NCBI GenBank assembly: GCA_029289095.1 | Contig: JARFUG010000010.1 | Span: 2,187-66,186 of the forward strand | DNA from: Desulfuromonadales bacterium | GTDB taxonomy: Bacteria; Desulfobacterota; Desulfuromonadia; Desulfuromonadales; JACZKF01 | DNA length: 64,000 nt | Direction of reading: 5' to 3' | Part shown: in pieces, positions 26,757-37,636 of the stretch | How the letters are laid out: the number at the start of each line of letters is the position of its first letter | Position numbering within the stretch: position 1 is the stretch's first letter | Made by a program: the position numbers and the translations under genes | The notes under the pieces: model-generated | What the model saw: the letters and a program-made list of their open reading frames with translations, nothing else | Databases searched by the model: none | Told to the model about the DNA's origin: nothing

Positions 26757-28706
26757 ATGATATACGCACAATCGCCCCTGGCTATCGCACTGTTTTGTAT
26801 TTTCGTCGCAGCGGTTCTCGGCGGCTCGTTCTACCTCGGACGCCGCACCACCTCGTCGGCCGGATACTATGCCGCCGGCGGCAACGTCCACTGGTTCACC
26901 AACGGCATCGCCTTTGCCGGCGACTACCTCTCGGCCGCTTCTTTCCTGGGGATCTGCGGCATGATCGCAACCGCCGGCTACGACGGATGGATGTACGCCG
27001 TCGGGTATCTGGCAGGCTGGATGGTCGCCCTCTTCCTGGTGGCCGAACCGATGAAGCGCCTCGGCAAGTACACCTTCACCGACGCCCTCGATTCCAAGTT
27101 CAACTCCAAGAGCATTCAGTTGATGGCCGCCATCAGCACCCTCGTCATCTCGATCTTCTACCTGATCCCGCAGATGGTCGGCGCAGGCACCCTGGTCACT
27201 CCCCTGCTCGGGCTCCCCCATGCGGCCGGAGTCATCATCGTCGGGGTGGTCGTCACCCTCATCGTCGCCACGGCGGGGATGGCCTCCACGACGATGGTCC
27301 AGTTCCTCAAGGGCGGAATGCTCCTGATCTTCTCCACCGTTCTCGTTGCCATGGTCCTCATGCGCGGCCTGAGCACCTCCCCCGATCACGACGGCAAGCG
27401 TCCCTACCACGACTTCCAGACGATCCAGGCCAGCATCGCCGCCGATGGCGCCTTGCAGCTCTCCGATCCGAGCTACACCTTCGCCCCCGACTGGCGCAAC
27501 TCCGCGCTGGGCGAAGCCGGCTTCATCCGCCTCGCCCGCAACGGCGAGGAGAGGATCTGGCACATGACCCAGGACGCTCAGGGGGGACTGATCCTCGAGG
27601 AGACCCTCTATACCGCCACCCTCCCCAACGGAACCCGCCTCTATAACGGCGCTCCTGCGGAAGAAGGGAAGTTTTTCCCCGTCGGCCACATGAAGGAGCT
27701 CAACCTGAACGGCGAGTCGGTGATCCAGACCGGCCCCGTCGGCCCCCTGGCCTACCTGCGCACGCTGCAGGACAGCACCATGGTGCTGTGGGGAACCCGG
27801 ATGGTGCGTGACGGCGACGCCATGCTGACCATCTACTACCAGAAGCCCACCCCGGGAAGCCTCGTCCTGCGCCCGGGACTGCGGCTCAAGGTGGAAAACG
27901 CCACGGCGACCGAGAAGTTCAATTTCATCTCCCTGATGCTTGCCCTGTTCTGCGGTACGGCGGCCCTGCCCCACATCCTGATCCGCTACTACACGGTTCC
28001 GAGCCAGGCGGCCGCCCGCAAATCGACGCTGGTCGCCATCGCAGCCATCGGCTTCTTCTATATCCTGACCCTCTTCATGGGTCTGGGGGCGATGACCAAC
28101 GGCGTCATCAACATCATGGACAACAACATGTCTGCGCCGCTGCTGGCACTTTCTTTCGGCGTCATACTCTTCGCCATCATCTCCTCCATCGCCTTCGCCA
28201 CCGTACTCGGCACGGTCAGCGGCCTCATCGTCGCCGCCTCGGGCGCCGTCGCCCATGACCTGATGGACAACTTCTTCGGCATGCGCATGTCGGACAAGGG
28301 GAAGGTTCTGGCAGGAAAACTCGCCGCCGTCAGCGTCGGCCTGATCGCCATCTACCTCGGCATCGTCTTCGAAGGAATGAACGTCTCGTTCCTCGTCGGG
28401 TGGGCTTTCGCCCTGGCCGCCTCGGCCAACCTGCCGGCGATCATCATGCTCCTGTTCTGGAAGAAGACAACAGCCCAGGGGGTCGCAGCCTCGATCCTCG
28501 TCGGCCTCACCTCGGCCATGGGCCTGATCCTTCTTTCGCCGGACATGTTCGTGCGCTACGGCCTCCTTCCGGAGCAGGCTCCGATCGCTTTCAACAGCCC
28601 CGCCCTGATCTCGATCCCGCTCTCCTTCATCGCCCTGGTTGTCGTCTCCCTGATGACCAAGCGCGTCGAAGTTCCCGAAGCCGAGGCCGAAGCCGCCGAA
28701 GCTTGA
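26757..28706 (+). CDS. actP: Cation/acetate symporter (SSS family)
   Basis: NGIAFAGDYLSAASFLG, YLIPQMVGAG, GTAALPHILIRYYTVP and AASANLP motifs. Confidence 0.92.
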   Translation: MIYAQSPLAIALFCIFVAAVLGGSFYLGRRTTSSAGYYAAGGNVHWFTNGIAFAGDYLSAASFLGICGMIATAGYDGWMYAVGYLAGWMVALFLVAEPMKRLGKYTFTDALDSKFNSKSIQLMAAISTLVISIFYLIPQMVGAGTLVTPLLGLPHAAGVIIVGVVVTLIVATAGMASTTMVQFLKGGMLLIFSTVLVAMVLMRGLSTSPDHDGKRPYHDFQTIQASIAADGALQLSDPSYTFAPDWRNSALGEAGFIRLARNGEERIWHMTQDAQGGLILEETLYTATLPNGTRLYNGAPAEEGKFFPVGHMKELNLNGESVIQTGPVGPLAYLRTLQDSTMVLWGTRMVRDGDAMLTIYYQKPTPGSLVLRPGLRLKVENATATEKFNFISLMLALFCGTAALPHILIRYYTVPSQAAARKSTLVAIAAIGFFYILTLFMGLGAMTNGVINIMDNNMSAPLLALSFGVILFAIISSIAFATVLGTVSGLIVAASGAVAHDLMDNFFGMRMSDKGKVLAGKLAAVSVGLIAIYLGIVFEGMNVSFLVGWAFALAASANLPAIIMLLFWKKTTAQGVAASILVGLTSAMGLILLSPDMFVRYGLLPEQAPIAFNSPALISIPLSFIALVVVSLMTKRVEVPEAEAEAAEA

Positions 28707-28737
28707 GGTTGCAGCACTTTCGTCATCTCTGCCATAA

Positions 28738-28769
28738 TGGGGGCCGCCTGCGGGCGGCCCCCATTTTTT
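28738..28769 (+). terminator. Rho-independent terminator after actP
   Basis: TGGGGGCCGCC-TGCG-GGCGGCCCCCA followed by a T run. Confidence 0.8.
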
Positions 28770-28815
28770 ACGGCGACTGCCCCCACTTTCATGCGCCTGC
28801 TCAAGGATTCAGAAT

Positions 28816-29460
28816 ATGAACCGCTTCCGCTTCACCTTTCTGGCCATCTGTCTTCTGCTGGTCTGGCTCGGCTGGACCGACATCTCGTTCCTGCTCAACA
28901 ACCGCTCTCCGCAGACCGTCTCCATCCAAAGCCTCGAGTTCGAAGGTCCTCCCCAGGCGTGGCTTCACATCACCGGGGGGCACATCGACCTGACGCGCGC
29001 CATCTCGACATCCGGAACGATCGAACTCGACGGCCTGCTCATTCCCCTGCAGTCCGAGCCAGGCGGTCCGTTCCAGGTCTTGCTCGAAACACGCGACCCG
29101 CGACTGCTCGAGCTTTTTCACACCTACCATTTCGGATTCAGCTCCGCCTTCGACCAGGCCCTCTTCCTGCGGGAGAACGAACAGCTTTTCCGTGCCCGCA
29201 AGGACGTCACGGCCATGCACCTCACCGGACGGGTCACTACGGGGAACCGGAACAAACTGATGCAGATCGCGGAAGCCGTCCAGATGGATATCCCGCATGA
29301 CGTCCTTTTCTTCAGCGAAGGGATGGAGCCCCCACGCTACCGCGGCTTCTTTTTTGCCGTCATCGGGGTTCTCGGGTTGGTGCGTCTTGCGACCCGCTGG
29401 AGCGCAAGGAAACCGGAACCCGCGGGGCAGAGCGACCTGACCCTGCCTCCAAAGGGCTGA
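28816..29460 (+). CDS. Hypothetical two-TM membrane protein
   Basis: N- and C-terminal TM segments, host-like codons, coupled to the LysR gene. Confidence 0.75.
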   Translation: MNRFRFTFLAICLLLVWLGWTDISFLLNNRSPQTVSIQSLEFEGPPQAWLHITGGHIDLTRAISTSGTIELDGLLIPLQSEPGGPFQVLLETRDPRLLELFHTYHFGFSSAFDQALFLRENEQLFRARKDVTAMHLTGRVTTGNRNKLMQIAEAVQMDIPHDVLFFSEGMEPPRYRGFFFAVIGVLGLVRLATRWSARKPEPAGQSDLTLPPKG

Positions 29461-29464
29461 CCAA

Positions 29465-30409
29465 GTGGATTTTCGCCGACTTGAAGTGTTCTGCCGCGTC
29501 GTGGAGTTGAAGAGTTTCTCACGGGCCGCCGACGCCGTCTTTCTTTCCCAGCCGACCGTCAGCGAACACATCCGCTCTCTCGAAGAATGGGTCGGTGAAA
29601 AACTTCTCGATCGTCTCGGCCGCGAGGTTCTCCCTACCCCGGCCGGGGCGATCCTCTTCGATTATGCGCGCCGCATCATCGCACTGCGTGACGAGGCCCA
29701 GCAGAGCATCGAGAAGTTTCGCGGCAACCTCGCAGGGAATCTCGTTCTGGGGGCAAGCACTATCCCCGGGGCGTATCTCCTTCCCGGCTTCATCGAGACC
29801 TTTCACCTTCGCTATCCCTCGGCGCGCATCACCCTGCGCATCGCGGGGAGCGGCCGCGTCGTCCAGGACATTATCGAAGGGACGTGCGAACTCGGTCTCG
29901 TAGGCGCCCCCGCAAAGGAAACCACCCTTGAGTTGCGTGAAATCGCCGGCGACGAACTTCTTCTGGCGATCTGGCCCGAACACAGGTGGGCCGGCCGCAG
30001 CGGCGTCCGCCTGGAAGAGCTCTGCTCTGAACCTTTTATTCTTCGCGAACAGGGGTCCGGCACGCGGTTGGCCCTGGAGAAGGCCCTTCAGTCCTCCGGC
30101 TTCGATCCCGCCCGGCTTTGCGTGGTGGCGACGATGGGGAGCAATGAGGCAGTGCGGCAGTGCGTCAGAGGGCGGCTCGGGATTTCATTCATCTCCTCCC
30201 TGGCCATGGCTGAAGATCTGCACCGGGGCGCCCTCGCCACCGTCGCCGTCGAGGGCCTCGGCATACGCCGCCCCTTCTACCTGGTTCACCGACGAAACCG
30301 TCAGCTCACTCCCCTTGCCCTGGCCTTTCTCGAGCTTCTCGGCTCAAGTTCCTCCCCTTTGCCCGCCGGGGATAAAAAAAACGCTGCGGAAGATCCGCAG
30401 CGTCTGTAA
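29465..30409 (+). CDS. LysR-family regulator (CysL/selenium-metabolism-associated type)
   Basis: SFSRAADAVFLSQPTVS HTH, GASTIPG and REQGSGTR motifs. Confidence 0.93.
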   Translation: MDFRRLEVFCRVVELKSFSRAADAVFLSQPTVSEHIRSLEEWVGEKLLDRLGREVLPTPAGAILFDYARRIIALRDEAQQSIEKFRGNLAGNLVLGASTIPGAYLLPGFIETFHLRYPSARITLRIAGSGRVVQDIIEGTCELGLVGAPAKETTLELREIAGDELLLAIWPEHRWAGRSGVRLEELCSEPFILREQGSGTRLALEKALQSSGFDPARLCVVATMGSNEAVRQCVRGRLGISFISSLAMAEDLHRGALATVAVEGLGIRRPFYLVHRRNRQLTPLALAFLELLGSSSSPLPAGDKKNAAEDPQRL

Positions 30410-30448
30410 GGTTCTGTGGCCCGAGAGGGCATCTGATCGGGAGGGGAG

Positions 30449-30793
30449 TCAACGCCTTCTCTCGAGCGCCCTGTCATACGCCTCCCGGGAAAACCCCCGC
30501 ACCACCTGGTCTCCGATAACCGCCACCGGAACGCCGCCGTTGGGGGCGATGGAACGCCACCGGCGGGCGGCGTCGGAGTCTTTCTCTACGTCGTATTCGG
30601 TAAAAGGAACCCCCTTGGTTCGCAGATAGGCCACCGCCTGCCTGCAGGCCGTACACCAGCTTGTCGTATAGATTTCGACCGCCGGAGAGGATCTGGCCTG
30701 GGTCGAAGGCGGCTGAACTGCGCCGGCGGCGACAAGAAAGAAGATCCCCGCCAGAAGCAGAAGGCAGATCCCTCGTTCGCGTCTATGTTTCAT
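30449..30793 (-). CDS. Exported glutaredoxin/NrdH-like protein
   Basis: Signal sequence, YTTSWCTAC, GVPV and RGFS motifs. Confidence 0.85.
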   Translation of the reverse strand: MKHRRERGICLLLLAGIFFLVAAGAVQPPSTQARSSPAVEIYTTSWCTACRQAVAYLRTKGVPFTEYDVEKDSDAARRWRSIAPNGGVPVAVIGDQVVRGFSREAYDRALERRR

Positions 30794-30866
30794 TATCCGC
30801 TCCTTCCGTTGCACTCTCTTCTTCTTACCCTGTTCTTCGTGCGGATGTCAAATTTTCGCGCCCCCC

Positions 30867-31514
30867 TCATTCCTCGCCGGACCAGCGGCGGCGCAGCATA
30901 CGCCCCCCCACAAGAAGAGCTGCAAGGACGATGAGAGGCCAGATCGACTCGAGCCGGATGTAGTCTTCAAGATCTTGCGCCTGCACGGCTCCATGGACCA
31001 GAACGGCATAGAGATACCCTTTTGCCGCGAAACCGGCAGCGGCCGCCAGGCCGAACACCTTCGGCGGTATGCTAAGCAGACCGCTTCCGTAATTGATGAC
31101 GGAGTGGGGAAAACCCGGTAGAACACGCATGGCGCACAGGGCCAGAAAATCGCTGTTGCGCTTGAGCAGCTTGAATGTCCGGCGCTTCTCTACCTTATTC
31201 CGCCAGTCTTCCCCCATACGCCGCGCCAAGGCGTATCCAAGCAGAGCCCCCATGACTCCGCCGGCCACGACGATGGGGGTGGAGACGATCGGGGAATAGA
31301 AGACGGGAACGACGATCAGGAACGCCGACCCAGGGAGCGCCAGGGCGTAGAAGACGGCCTGCAGCGCGATCAGAAGCGGAATGCTCCACCACCTCCCGGT
31401 GACCGGTTCGATCTGTGTATGGATCTCCTCCCAGTCGAGCACTCCCGTCCGGCCGAGGATGAAGGCGACCGCGAGAAGAATCGCGAGGACAAGAGGTCCG
31501 CGGGCCGTCCTCAC
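30867..31514 (-). CDS. DedA/VTT (TVP38) membrane protein
   Basis: LALPGS and RVLPGFPHSVINY motifs. Confidence 0.85.
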   Translation of the reverse strand: MRTARGPLVLAILLAVAFILGRTGVLDWEEIHTQIEPVTGRWWSIPLLIALQAVFYALALPGSAFLIVVPVFYSPIVSTPIVVAGGVMGALLGYALARRMGEDWRNKVEKRRTFKLLKRNSDFLALCAMRVLPGFPHSVINYGSGLLSIPPKVFGLAAAAGFAAKGYLYAVLVHGAVQAQDLEDYIRLESIWPLIVLAALLVGGRMLRRRWSGEE

Positions 31515-31518
31515 CGCC

Positions 31519-31716
31519 CTACTTCCTGCAGCGGTCGCCGGCCGGACCGGAACCCTCGACGCAGAACTCGCTGCGCTCCTTCCCTTCGGAGGCGCAGCGG
31601 CACTCGACGGGATGGCCGCAGTTTCGTCTCAGGGGGGGACGGCGAAAGAAGAGGCCGACGGCCAGCGCACTGAAGGCCAGAAGAAAGACGATCAGCGCGG
31701 CAACAAAGGTGATCAT
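31519..31716 (-). CDS. NqrM-like Na+-NQR maturation protein
   Basis: Single TM followed by a Cys-rich tail, 1 nt downstream of nqrF. Lacks the usual GSCGG motif. Confidence 0.55.
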   Translation of the reverse strand: MITFVAALIVFLLAFSALAVGLFFRRPPLRRNCGHPVECRCASEGKERSEFCVEGSGPAGDRCRK

Positions 31717-31717
31717 T

Positions 31718-32944
31718 TCAGGCGCCGAAATCGTCATAGAAGATGCTTTCGGGCTCGACGCCGAGATTCTCGAGCATGTCGCGCGCGGCGATCAGAAGCA
31801 TGGGGGGGCCGCACAGGTAATACTCGCATTCTTCGGGGGCGGGATGCTTTTCCAGGTACTCCCTGTAGAGGACCTGGTGGATGAAACCGGTCGAACCTTT
31901 CCAGTCGTCCTCGGGGAGCGGCTCGGAGAGCGCAACATGCCAGGAAAAATTGTCGTGCTCCGCCTCCAGCTTCTTGAAATCCTCGTCATAGAAGAGCTCC
32001 TTCAGGCTGCGCGCCCCGTACCAGTAGGAGATCCTGCGCCGCGTCTTCACCCGCAGCAGTTGATCGAAAATAATGGAACGCAGCGGCGCCATGCCCGCGC
32101 CGCCGCCGATGAAGATCATCTCCGCTCCGGTGTCGCGGGCGTAGAAATCGCCGTATGGACCCGATATGGTGACCGGATCGCCGGGCTTGAGGCCGAAGAT
32201 GTACGACGACATCTTGCCGGGCGGGACTTCCGGATGATGGGGCGGAGGAGTGGCGATGCGCACGTTGAGCTTGATCACCCCCTTCTCGCCCGGGTGATTG
32301 GCCATCGAGTAGGCGCGCTGGACCGGCTCCTTCACCACCGAGCGGTACTGCCAGATGTTGAAGCGGTCCCAGTCGGCGCGGAACCTCTCGTCGATGTCGA
32401 AATCGCGATAGCTCAGTTCGTGAGGGGAGGCCTCGATCTGGATGTAGCCCCCGGCGCGAAAATCGACCGATTCGCCGGGCGGGAGCTCGAGCACCAGCTC
32501 CTTGATGAAGCTCGCCACGTTGCCGTTGGAGCGCACGGTGCACTGCCATTTTCGGATCTCGAAGATCTCGGCGGGGAGCTCGATGCTCAGGTCCTCCTTG
32601 ACCCCGACCTGGCAGGACAGGCGCTGCCCTTCCCTTGCCTCCCGACGGTTGATGTGCCCGGTCTCGGTGGGGAGGATCACCCCGCCCCCCTCTGTGATCG
32701 TCACCCGGCACTGTCCGCACGTTCCCCCGCCGCCGCACGCCGAGGGTAGATAGATGCCGTTGGCGCCCAGCGTCTGAAGGAGTTTTCCGCCGGGGCGGAC
32801 CGTGATCGCCTTTTCCGGATCGTCGTTGATGGTGATCGTCACCTTGCCGCGCGGCACGAGAAAATAACGCGCCGTCACGATAAGGGCGACCAGCAGCAGG
32901 ATAATGGCGGTGAAAAGCGATACGCCCAGGATGATTTCGAGCAT
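31718..32944 (-). CDS. nqrF: Na+-NQR subunit F
   Basis: [12 protein letters not shown] [2Fe-2S], [17 protein letters not shown] and CGPP motifs. Confidence 0.97.
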   Translation of the reverse strand: MLEIILGVSLFTAIILLLVALIVTARYFLVPRGKVTITINDDPEKAITVRPGGKLLQTLGANGIYLPSACGGGGTCGQCRVTITEGGGVILPTETGHINRREAREGQRLSCQVGVKEDLSIELPAEIFEIRKWQCTVRSNGNVASFIKELVLELPPGESVDFRAGGYIQIEASPHELSYRDFDIDERFRADWDRFNIWQYRSVVKEPVQRAYSMANHPGEKGVIKLNVRIATPPPHHPEVPPGKMSSYIFGLKPGDPVTISGPYGDFYARDTGAEMIFIGGGAGMAPLRSIIFDQLLRVKTRRRISYWYGARSLKELFYDEDFKKLEAEHDNFSWHVALSEPLPEDDWKGSTGFIHQVLYREYLEKHPAPEECEYYLCGPPMLLIAARDMLENLGVEPESIFYDDFGA

Positions 32945-33003
32945 AAGCGATGATCTTTCGCAAAAGCCGTCGGTTCGGAGAAGCTGTTCCTATTTTTTTC
33001 TCA

Positions 33004-33123
33004 GGCTGATCAAAAATGCCCAGATGCAAGGAGCCTGAAATCCTTCGGAATAAGGCGTACCTGGAAGGTACGTCGTTGACGAAGGATGAAGGCAACGCCG
33101 CAGATGGGCGTTTTTCATCAGCC
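33004..33123. mobile_element. MITE-like hairpin element between nqrE and nqrF
   Basis: TIRs GGCTGATCAAAAATGCCCAGATGC / GCAGATGGGCGTTTTTCATCAGCC, internal TCCTTCG/CGAAGGA and central GGCGTACCT-GGA-AGGTACGTC. Confidence 0.7.
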
Positions 33124-33124
33124 G

Positions 33125-33733
33125 CTAAAGCTGGATCCCCGAGAAGGCCATGAACGCCATCGACATGAGCCCCACGACGATGAAGGTCATCCCCAGCCCC
33201 CTCAGTCCCTCGGGGATGTTGCTGTACTTGAGGCGGGTGCGGATGCCGGCAAGAGCGGTGATGGCGATGGCCCATCCCGTGCCGCTGCCGAGGCCGAAGA
33301 CGATGCTCTCACCGAGGCCGTACTCGCGCTCGACCATGAAGAGGGAGCCCCCGAGGATCATGCAGTTCACCGTGATCAGCGGCAAAAAGACGCCGAGGGC
33401 CGCATAGAGACGCGGCACATGCTTGTCGAGAACCATCTCGAGGATCTGCACCATGGCGGCGATGACGCCGATGTAGGAGATCAGCCCGAGAAAGGTCAGA
33501 TCGACGTTGAGCCCCGCCCAGGCAAGTCCCCCCTCGCGCAGCAGGTAGCGGAAGATGAGGTTGTTGATCGGCACGGTGATCGTCTGCACGACGATGACCG
33601 CGATCCCGAGCCCCAGGGCGGTGTCGACCTTTTTCGAGACGGCCAGAAAGGTGCACATCCCGAGGAAGAAGGCGAGGGCCATGTTCTCGACGAAGACGGC
33701 TCGGACGAAAATGCTCAGATAGTATTCGAGCAT
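33125..33733 (-). CDS. nqrE: Na+-NQR subunit E
   Basis: [20 protein letters not shown] and LPLITVNC motifs. Confidence 0.96.
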   Translation of the reverse strand: MLEYYLSIFVRAVFVENMALAFFLGMCTFLAVSKKVDTALGLGIAVIVVQTITVPINNLIFRYLLREGGLAWAGLNVDLTFLGLISYIGVIAAMVQILEMVLDKHVPRLYAALGVFLPLITVNCMILGGSLFMVEREYGLGESIVFGLGSGTGWAIAITALAGIRTRLKYSNIPEGLRGLGMTFIVVGLMSMAFMAFSGIQL

Positions 33734-33734
33734 C

Positions 33735-34358
33735 TCATTCCTCCACCTCGATCTGGTCCCTCTTCCAGACGCGCAGCGCCCAGATCAGCAGGCCGATGAT
33801 GAAAAAGGCGCTCGGCGGCAAAAGCATCAGACCGTTGGTCTCGTACCACCCGCCAGCCTGCGTCAGCGGCAGGACCGACGTCCCGAAGACGGTCCCCGAC
33901 CCGAAGAGTTCACGCAGCGTTGCCACCAGCAGCAGCACCAGGCTGTAGCCGAGACCGTTTCCGATGCCGTCGAGAAAGCTCCTCCCCACCGAATTCTTCA
34001 TGGCGTAGGCTTCGGCGCGTCCGAGGACGATGCAGTTGGTGATGATCAGCCCGACAAAGACCGAAAGCTGCCGGCTGATCGTCGGAGAGACTGCCTGAAT
34101 GACCTGGTCGACGACGATCACCAATGAGGCGATGATCGTCATCTGCACGATGAGGCGGATGCTCTCCGGAATGTAGAGGCGGATCAGGGCCACCGATCCG
34201 CCGGCGAAGGCCGCCACGAAAATCACCGCCAGCGACATGACGAAGGCCGACTCCAGGCGGGTCGTCACCGCGAGGGCGCTGCAGATGCCGAGGATCTGCA
34301 GCGCGATGGGGTTGTTGTTGAAGACCGGTCCGAAAAGGGTCGAGCGGATGTCAGTCAT
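33735..34358 (-). CDS. nqrD: Na+-NQR subunit D
   Basis: [18 protein letters not shown] and GLIITNCIV motifs. Confidence 0.96.
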   Translation of the reverse strand: MTDIRSTLFGPVFNNNPIALQILGICSALAVTTRLESAFVMSLAVIFVAAFAGGSVALIRLYIPESIRLIVQMTIIASLVIVVDQVIQAVSPTISRQLSVFVGLIITNCIVLGRAEAYAMKNSVGRSFLDGIGNGLGYSLVLLLVATLRELFGSGTVFGTSVLPLTQAGGWYETNGLMLLPPSAFFIIGLLIWALRVWKRDQIEVEE

Positions 34359-35130
34359 CGAAGCCCTCCGTACGAAGCCTCTGGAGGAAGGGACCGAAGG
34401 CGTCCTCCCCGAGCCAGTAGTGCAGAAGATTGGTCACCCCCCGGGCGGTCACCGTCGCCCCCGAGATCCCGTCGACCTGAAAACGGGCGTAGGGGCTGGC
34501 TGCATCGACCCGTCCCCGGATCACCTCGATGCGCGGCTGCCCTTCGGGATCGAAGGCCTCTTTCCCGGGCCACTGTGCGAGCCACTGGCGATTGTCGATC
34601 TCGCCGCCGAGTCCCGGGGTTTCGGCGTGCTCGTAAAAACCGAAGCCTGCAATGGTGGTCAGATCGGCTGCGAGAGAGATGTAGCCGTAGAGGGTCGACC
34701 ACAGACCCCGGCCGTGCACCGGCAGCACCACCTGGACCACCTCCCCTTCTTGACGGATGAAGTAGACCGGAGCAATGCGGGTGCGGGTGCGGATCCCGGC
34801 CAGATCGACCTGCGCAGGGATGGGGCGGGCCAGCGCCGGGTCGGCGGCGGCCCTGCGGGGATCGAATGTTGCCGGGTCGAAGGCGTCGCTGTACTCCCCC
34901 GTGTCGAGGTCGACCAGCCTGGGGTCGACCACCTCGTGCCAGAGTTCGACCACGTCCACCCCCGGCGCCAGAAGGCCGGTGACCGACAGGACATTGCGAT
35001 AGTGGATCGTGAGCACCTCGCGCTCCTGGATGGCGCGCAGCCCGATGGCGGACCCCGAAACGAGCAGGGAACAGACGAAACAGACGAGAAACGCCACGAG
35101 GAATGTCCTCCTCGTCGATTCACCGGCCAT
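34351..35130 (-). CDS. nqrC: Na+-NQR subunit C
   Basis: [14 protein letters not shown] and the FMN-binding DGISGAT motif. Confidence 0.95.
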   Translation of the reverse strand: MAGESTRRTFLVAFLVCFVCSLLVSGSAIGLRAIQEREVLTIHYRNVLSVTGLLAPGVDVVELWHEVVDPRLVDLDTGEYSDAFDPATFDPRRAAADPALARPIPAQVDLAGIRTRTRIAPVYFIRQEGEVVQVVLPVHGRGLWSTLYGYISLAADLTTIAGFGFYEHAETPGLGGEIDNRQWLAQWPGKEAFDPEGQPRIEVIRGRVDAASPYARFQVDGISGATVTARGVTNLLHYWLGEDAFGPFLQRLRTEGFDD

Positions 35131-36286
35131 AACGGAGCCTCCTGCGCCGGATCTGCGCCTTGAGAACGAACCGGTCGATCACCGGGGCCAGAACGTTGCC
35201 GAAGAGGATGGCGAGCATCGTCCCTTCGGGAAACGCGGGGTTGATCACCCGCACCAGGATGATCATGGCGCCGACGAGAATGCCGTAACACCACTTGCCC
35301 GTGTGGGTCAGGGCCGAGGAGACCGGGTCGGTCGCCATGAAGACGAGACCGAAGGCAAGGCTTCCCAGGACCAGGTGCCAGTGCGGGGGAACGGAAAAGA
35401 GAAGGTTGGCGGCGCTGCCGGCGTAGTAGAGCAGACTCGAGAGAGAGAGGGCGCCGAGAAGAACCGCGGCCATGGTGCGCCAGGAGGCGATCCCCGTGAA
35501 GAGCAGAAGCGCCGCCCCGACGAGACAGGCAAGTGCGGACGTCTCGCCCGGCGCGCCGGGGATCGTCCCGAGAAAGGCCTGCGCCCAGGTAAAGGACTCC
35601 TGCACGTTTTCGAGCCCACCCGTGGCCGCAAGGGCCAGAGGCGTCGCGCTGGTGATGCCGTCCGCCGGCACATACGAATCGCCTGCGGTGAATCCCCCCG
35701 GATAGGCGAAAAAGAGGAAGGCGTAGGCGACGAGGGCAGGGTTCATGAAGTTGCGCCCCGTGCCGCCGAAGATCTCCTTGGCGATGATGATGCCGAAACT
35801 CGCCCCCAGCGCCGCCTGCCACAGTGGGATGGCGGGGGGGAGAATCAGCGCCAGGAGCAGTGTCGTCACCCCCCACCCCTCGTTCATCTCGAGTCCGCGC
35901 ACTGCGGCGAAGAGCGCTTCCCAGAAAAAAGCCGCGGCGCCGATAACGAGGAGAAGAGGGATGAAGTGGATGGCGCCCAGAAGAAAGTTGGCACCCGTAC
36001 TTGCCGGATCGTGCACCGCGCCCAGAGAGCGGAAGAGTTCGCCGCGCCAGGAGAAGAGTTCTTCGAGCCCCGCCTCCCGCATCGCCAGATGAATCTGGTA
36101 CCCCGTGTTCCACATCCCGAAGATGACGCAGGGCAGCAGGGCCGCGATCACGACCAGGAAGATCCGCTTGAGGTGGAGCGCATCGCGCACATGCGGAGCG
36201 CCGGCGCTGACTCCGGGCGCAGGGCGCCAGTATCCTCTCAGGGCGCGTTTTATGGGAGCCAGCCGGTCCCGTTTCGGCGCGGCCAT
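35120..36286 (-). CDS. nqrB: Na+-NQR subunit B
   Basis: KEIFGGTGRNFMNPAL, DGITSATPL (FMN site) and FMATDPVS. ATG 36286 overlaps the nqrA stop. Confidence 0.95.
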   Translation of the reverse strand: MAAPKRDRLAPIKRALRGYWRPAPGVSAGAPHVRDALHLKRIFLVVIAALLPCVIFGMWNTGYQIHLAMREAGLEELFSWRGELFRSLGAVHDPASTGANFLLGAIHFIPLLLVIGAAAFFWEALFAAVRGLEMNEGWGVTTLLLALILPPAIPLWQAALGASFGIIIAKEIFGGTGRNFMNPALVAYAFLFFAYPGGFTAGDSYVPADGITSATPLALAATGGLENVQESFTWAQAFLGTIPGAPGETSALACLVGAALLLFTGIASWRTMAAVLLGALSLSSLLYYAGSAANLLFSVPPHWHLVLGSLAFGLVFMATDPVSSALTHTGKWCYGILVGAMIILVRVINPAFPEGTMLAILFGNVLAPVIDRFVLKAQIRRRRLRYGR

Positions 36287-37632
36287 CAACCCTCCTTCTC
36301 GATTTCGTCCAGAACGGCCCGCAGCATCGGGGCGAAGTCGTTTTTGCCGGGGCAGACGAAGCTGCACAGCGCCAGGTCCTCCTCGGCAAGTTCCAGGCAC
36401 CCCAGAGCGCGCGCCTCCTCGGTGTCTCCCGATGCGATCGCCCGCAGCAGGTAGGTCGCCGGGAGATCGTGGGGGAGGACCTGTTCATAGGCGCCGATGG
36501 AATAGATCGCCCTTCTCTCCCCTCCCATGGCGGTGGTGAAGGGGCGCGGACGGCGCCGGTCGAGGGCCCCCGCAAAGAGGTTGCGCACCGAAAAGGCGCC
36601 GAATCCCGGCCGCAGCCACCCGAGGAAGGGGGCTCGCTCCTCTCCTTCGGGCAGAGCACATGCCTGCAGGTGATAGCGTCCGAGAAAGGCCGTCTCCCCC
36701 GCCGCCGTATGACCGCTGAGGAGCGAACCCGACACGATGCGCTGTGCTCCCTCCTTCAAATCGTCCCGGAGCAGATCGCCCAGGTGAGCGCCGAGCCGGG
36801 TGCGGACGAGGCGCGGATGGCGCACCCCCGGTCCGGCCACCGCCACCACCCGTTCGTTGAGAAGTTCTCCGGCGCCGAAGAGGTGTCCGGCGGCGATGAC
36901 GTCCTGGTAGCCGATGTGCCAGACGCTGCGCTCTTCATGGGAAGGAAGGAGGAAATGGATGTGCGTCCCCGCGAGCCCTGCCGGATGCGGTCCGGCAAAA
37001 GCGACCGGCTCGGCGCGTCCCCCGAGGGGGATCTGCGCGCCCGGCGCCTGGCACACAAAGACGGGGCCGTCGGTCAGACGCCCCAGGACCCGCAGGCCGT
37101 TGACGAATTCACGAGGGCGCTCGGCAATGACGCGCGCCGGATCGGCGGCCAGTGGATCGGTGTCCATGGCGGTGACGAAGAGGGCGGCGGGGGTCTCGGC
37201 CGGGTCGGGGACGATCTCGTAAGGCCGGCGCCGCAGGGCGGTCCACAACCCCGAGGCGAGCAGATTCTCCGTCACATCGGCCCTGGCCAGACGATCCATC
37301 TCCCCATCGGAAAAGCGGGCGAAACTCTCGGCATCGTCTCCTTCCAGGGCGATCTCCACCGAAAGGAGGACCCGTTTGGGACCGCGGTGGATGGCGCTCA
37401 CCCGACCGCTCGCCGGCGAGGTGAAGCGCACCTGCGGAAAACGTCTGTCGCTGAACAGGAGTTGCCCTGCGCGCACCCGCTCTCCCTCGGTGACGGCCAT
37501 GCTCGGTTTGAGCCCCGGATAGTCGCCCCCGAGAAGCGCCACGCGTCTGACGAAGAGCCCCGGCTGAATGATCTGCTCGGGCGCCCCTGCGATGGGAAGA
37601 TCGAGCCCGCGTCGAATGCGGATGGTTTTCAT
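36286..37632 (-). CDS. nqrA: Na+-NQR subunit A
   Basis: IRRGLDLPIAGAP, GPHPAGL and EEDLALCSFVCPGK motifs. Confidence 0.96.
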   Translation of the reverse strand: MKTIRIRRGLDLPIAGAPEQIIQPGLFVRRVALLGGDYPGLKPSMAVTEGERVRAGQLLFSDRRFPQVRFTSPASGRVSAIHRGPKRVLLSVEIALEGDDAESFARFSDGEMDRLARADVTENLLASGLWTALRRRPYEIVPDPAETPAALFVTAMDTDPLAADPARVIAERPREFVNGLRVLGRLTDGPVFVCQAPGAQIPLGGRAEPVAFAGPHPAGLAGTHIHFLLPSHEERSVWHIGYQDVIAAGHLFGAGELLNERVVAVAGPGVRHPRLVRTRLGAHLGDLLRDDLKEGAQRIVSGSLLSGHTAAGETAFLGRYHLQACALPEGEERAPFLGWLRPGFGAFSVRNLFAGALDRRRPRPFTTAMGGERRAIYSIGAYEQVLPHDLPATYLLRAIASGDTEEARALGCLELAEEDLALCSFVCPGKNDFAPMLRAVLDEIEKEG

Positions 37633-37636
37633 TGCA

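Noticed and set aside
28770-28790. GGCGACTGCCCCCACTTT resembling a GGGGACTGTCCCC-type REP
   Set aside because: Single degenerate copy, too weak to call.
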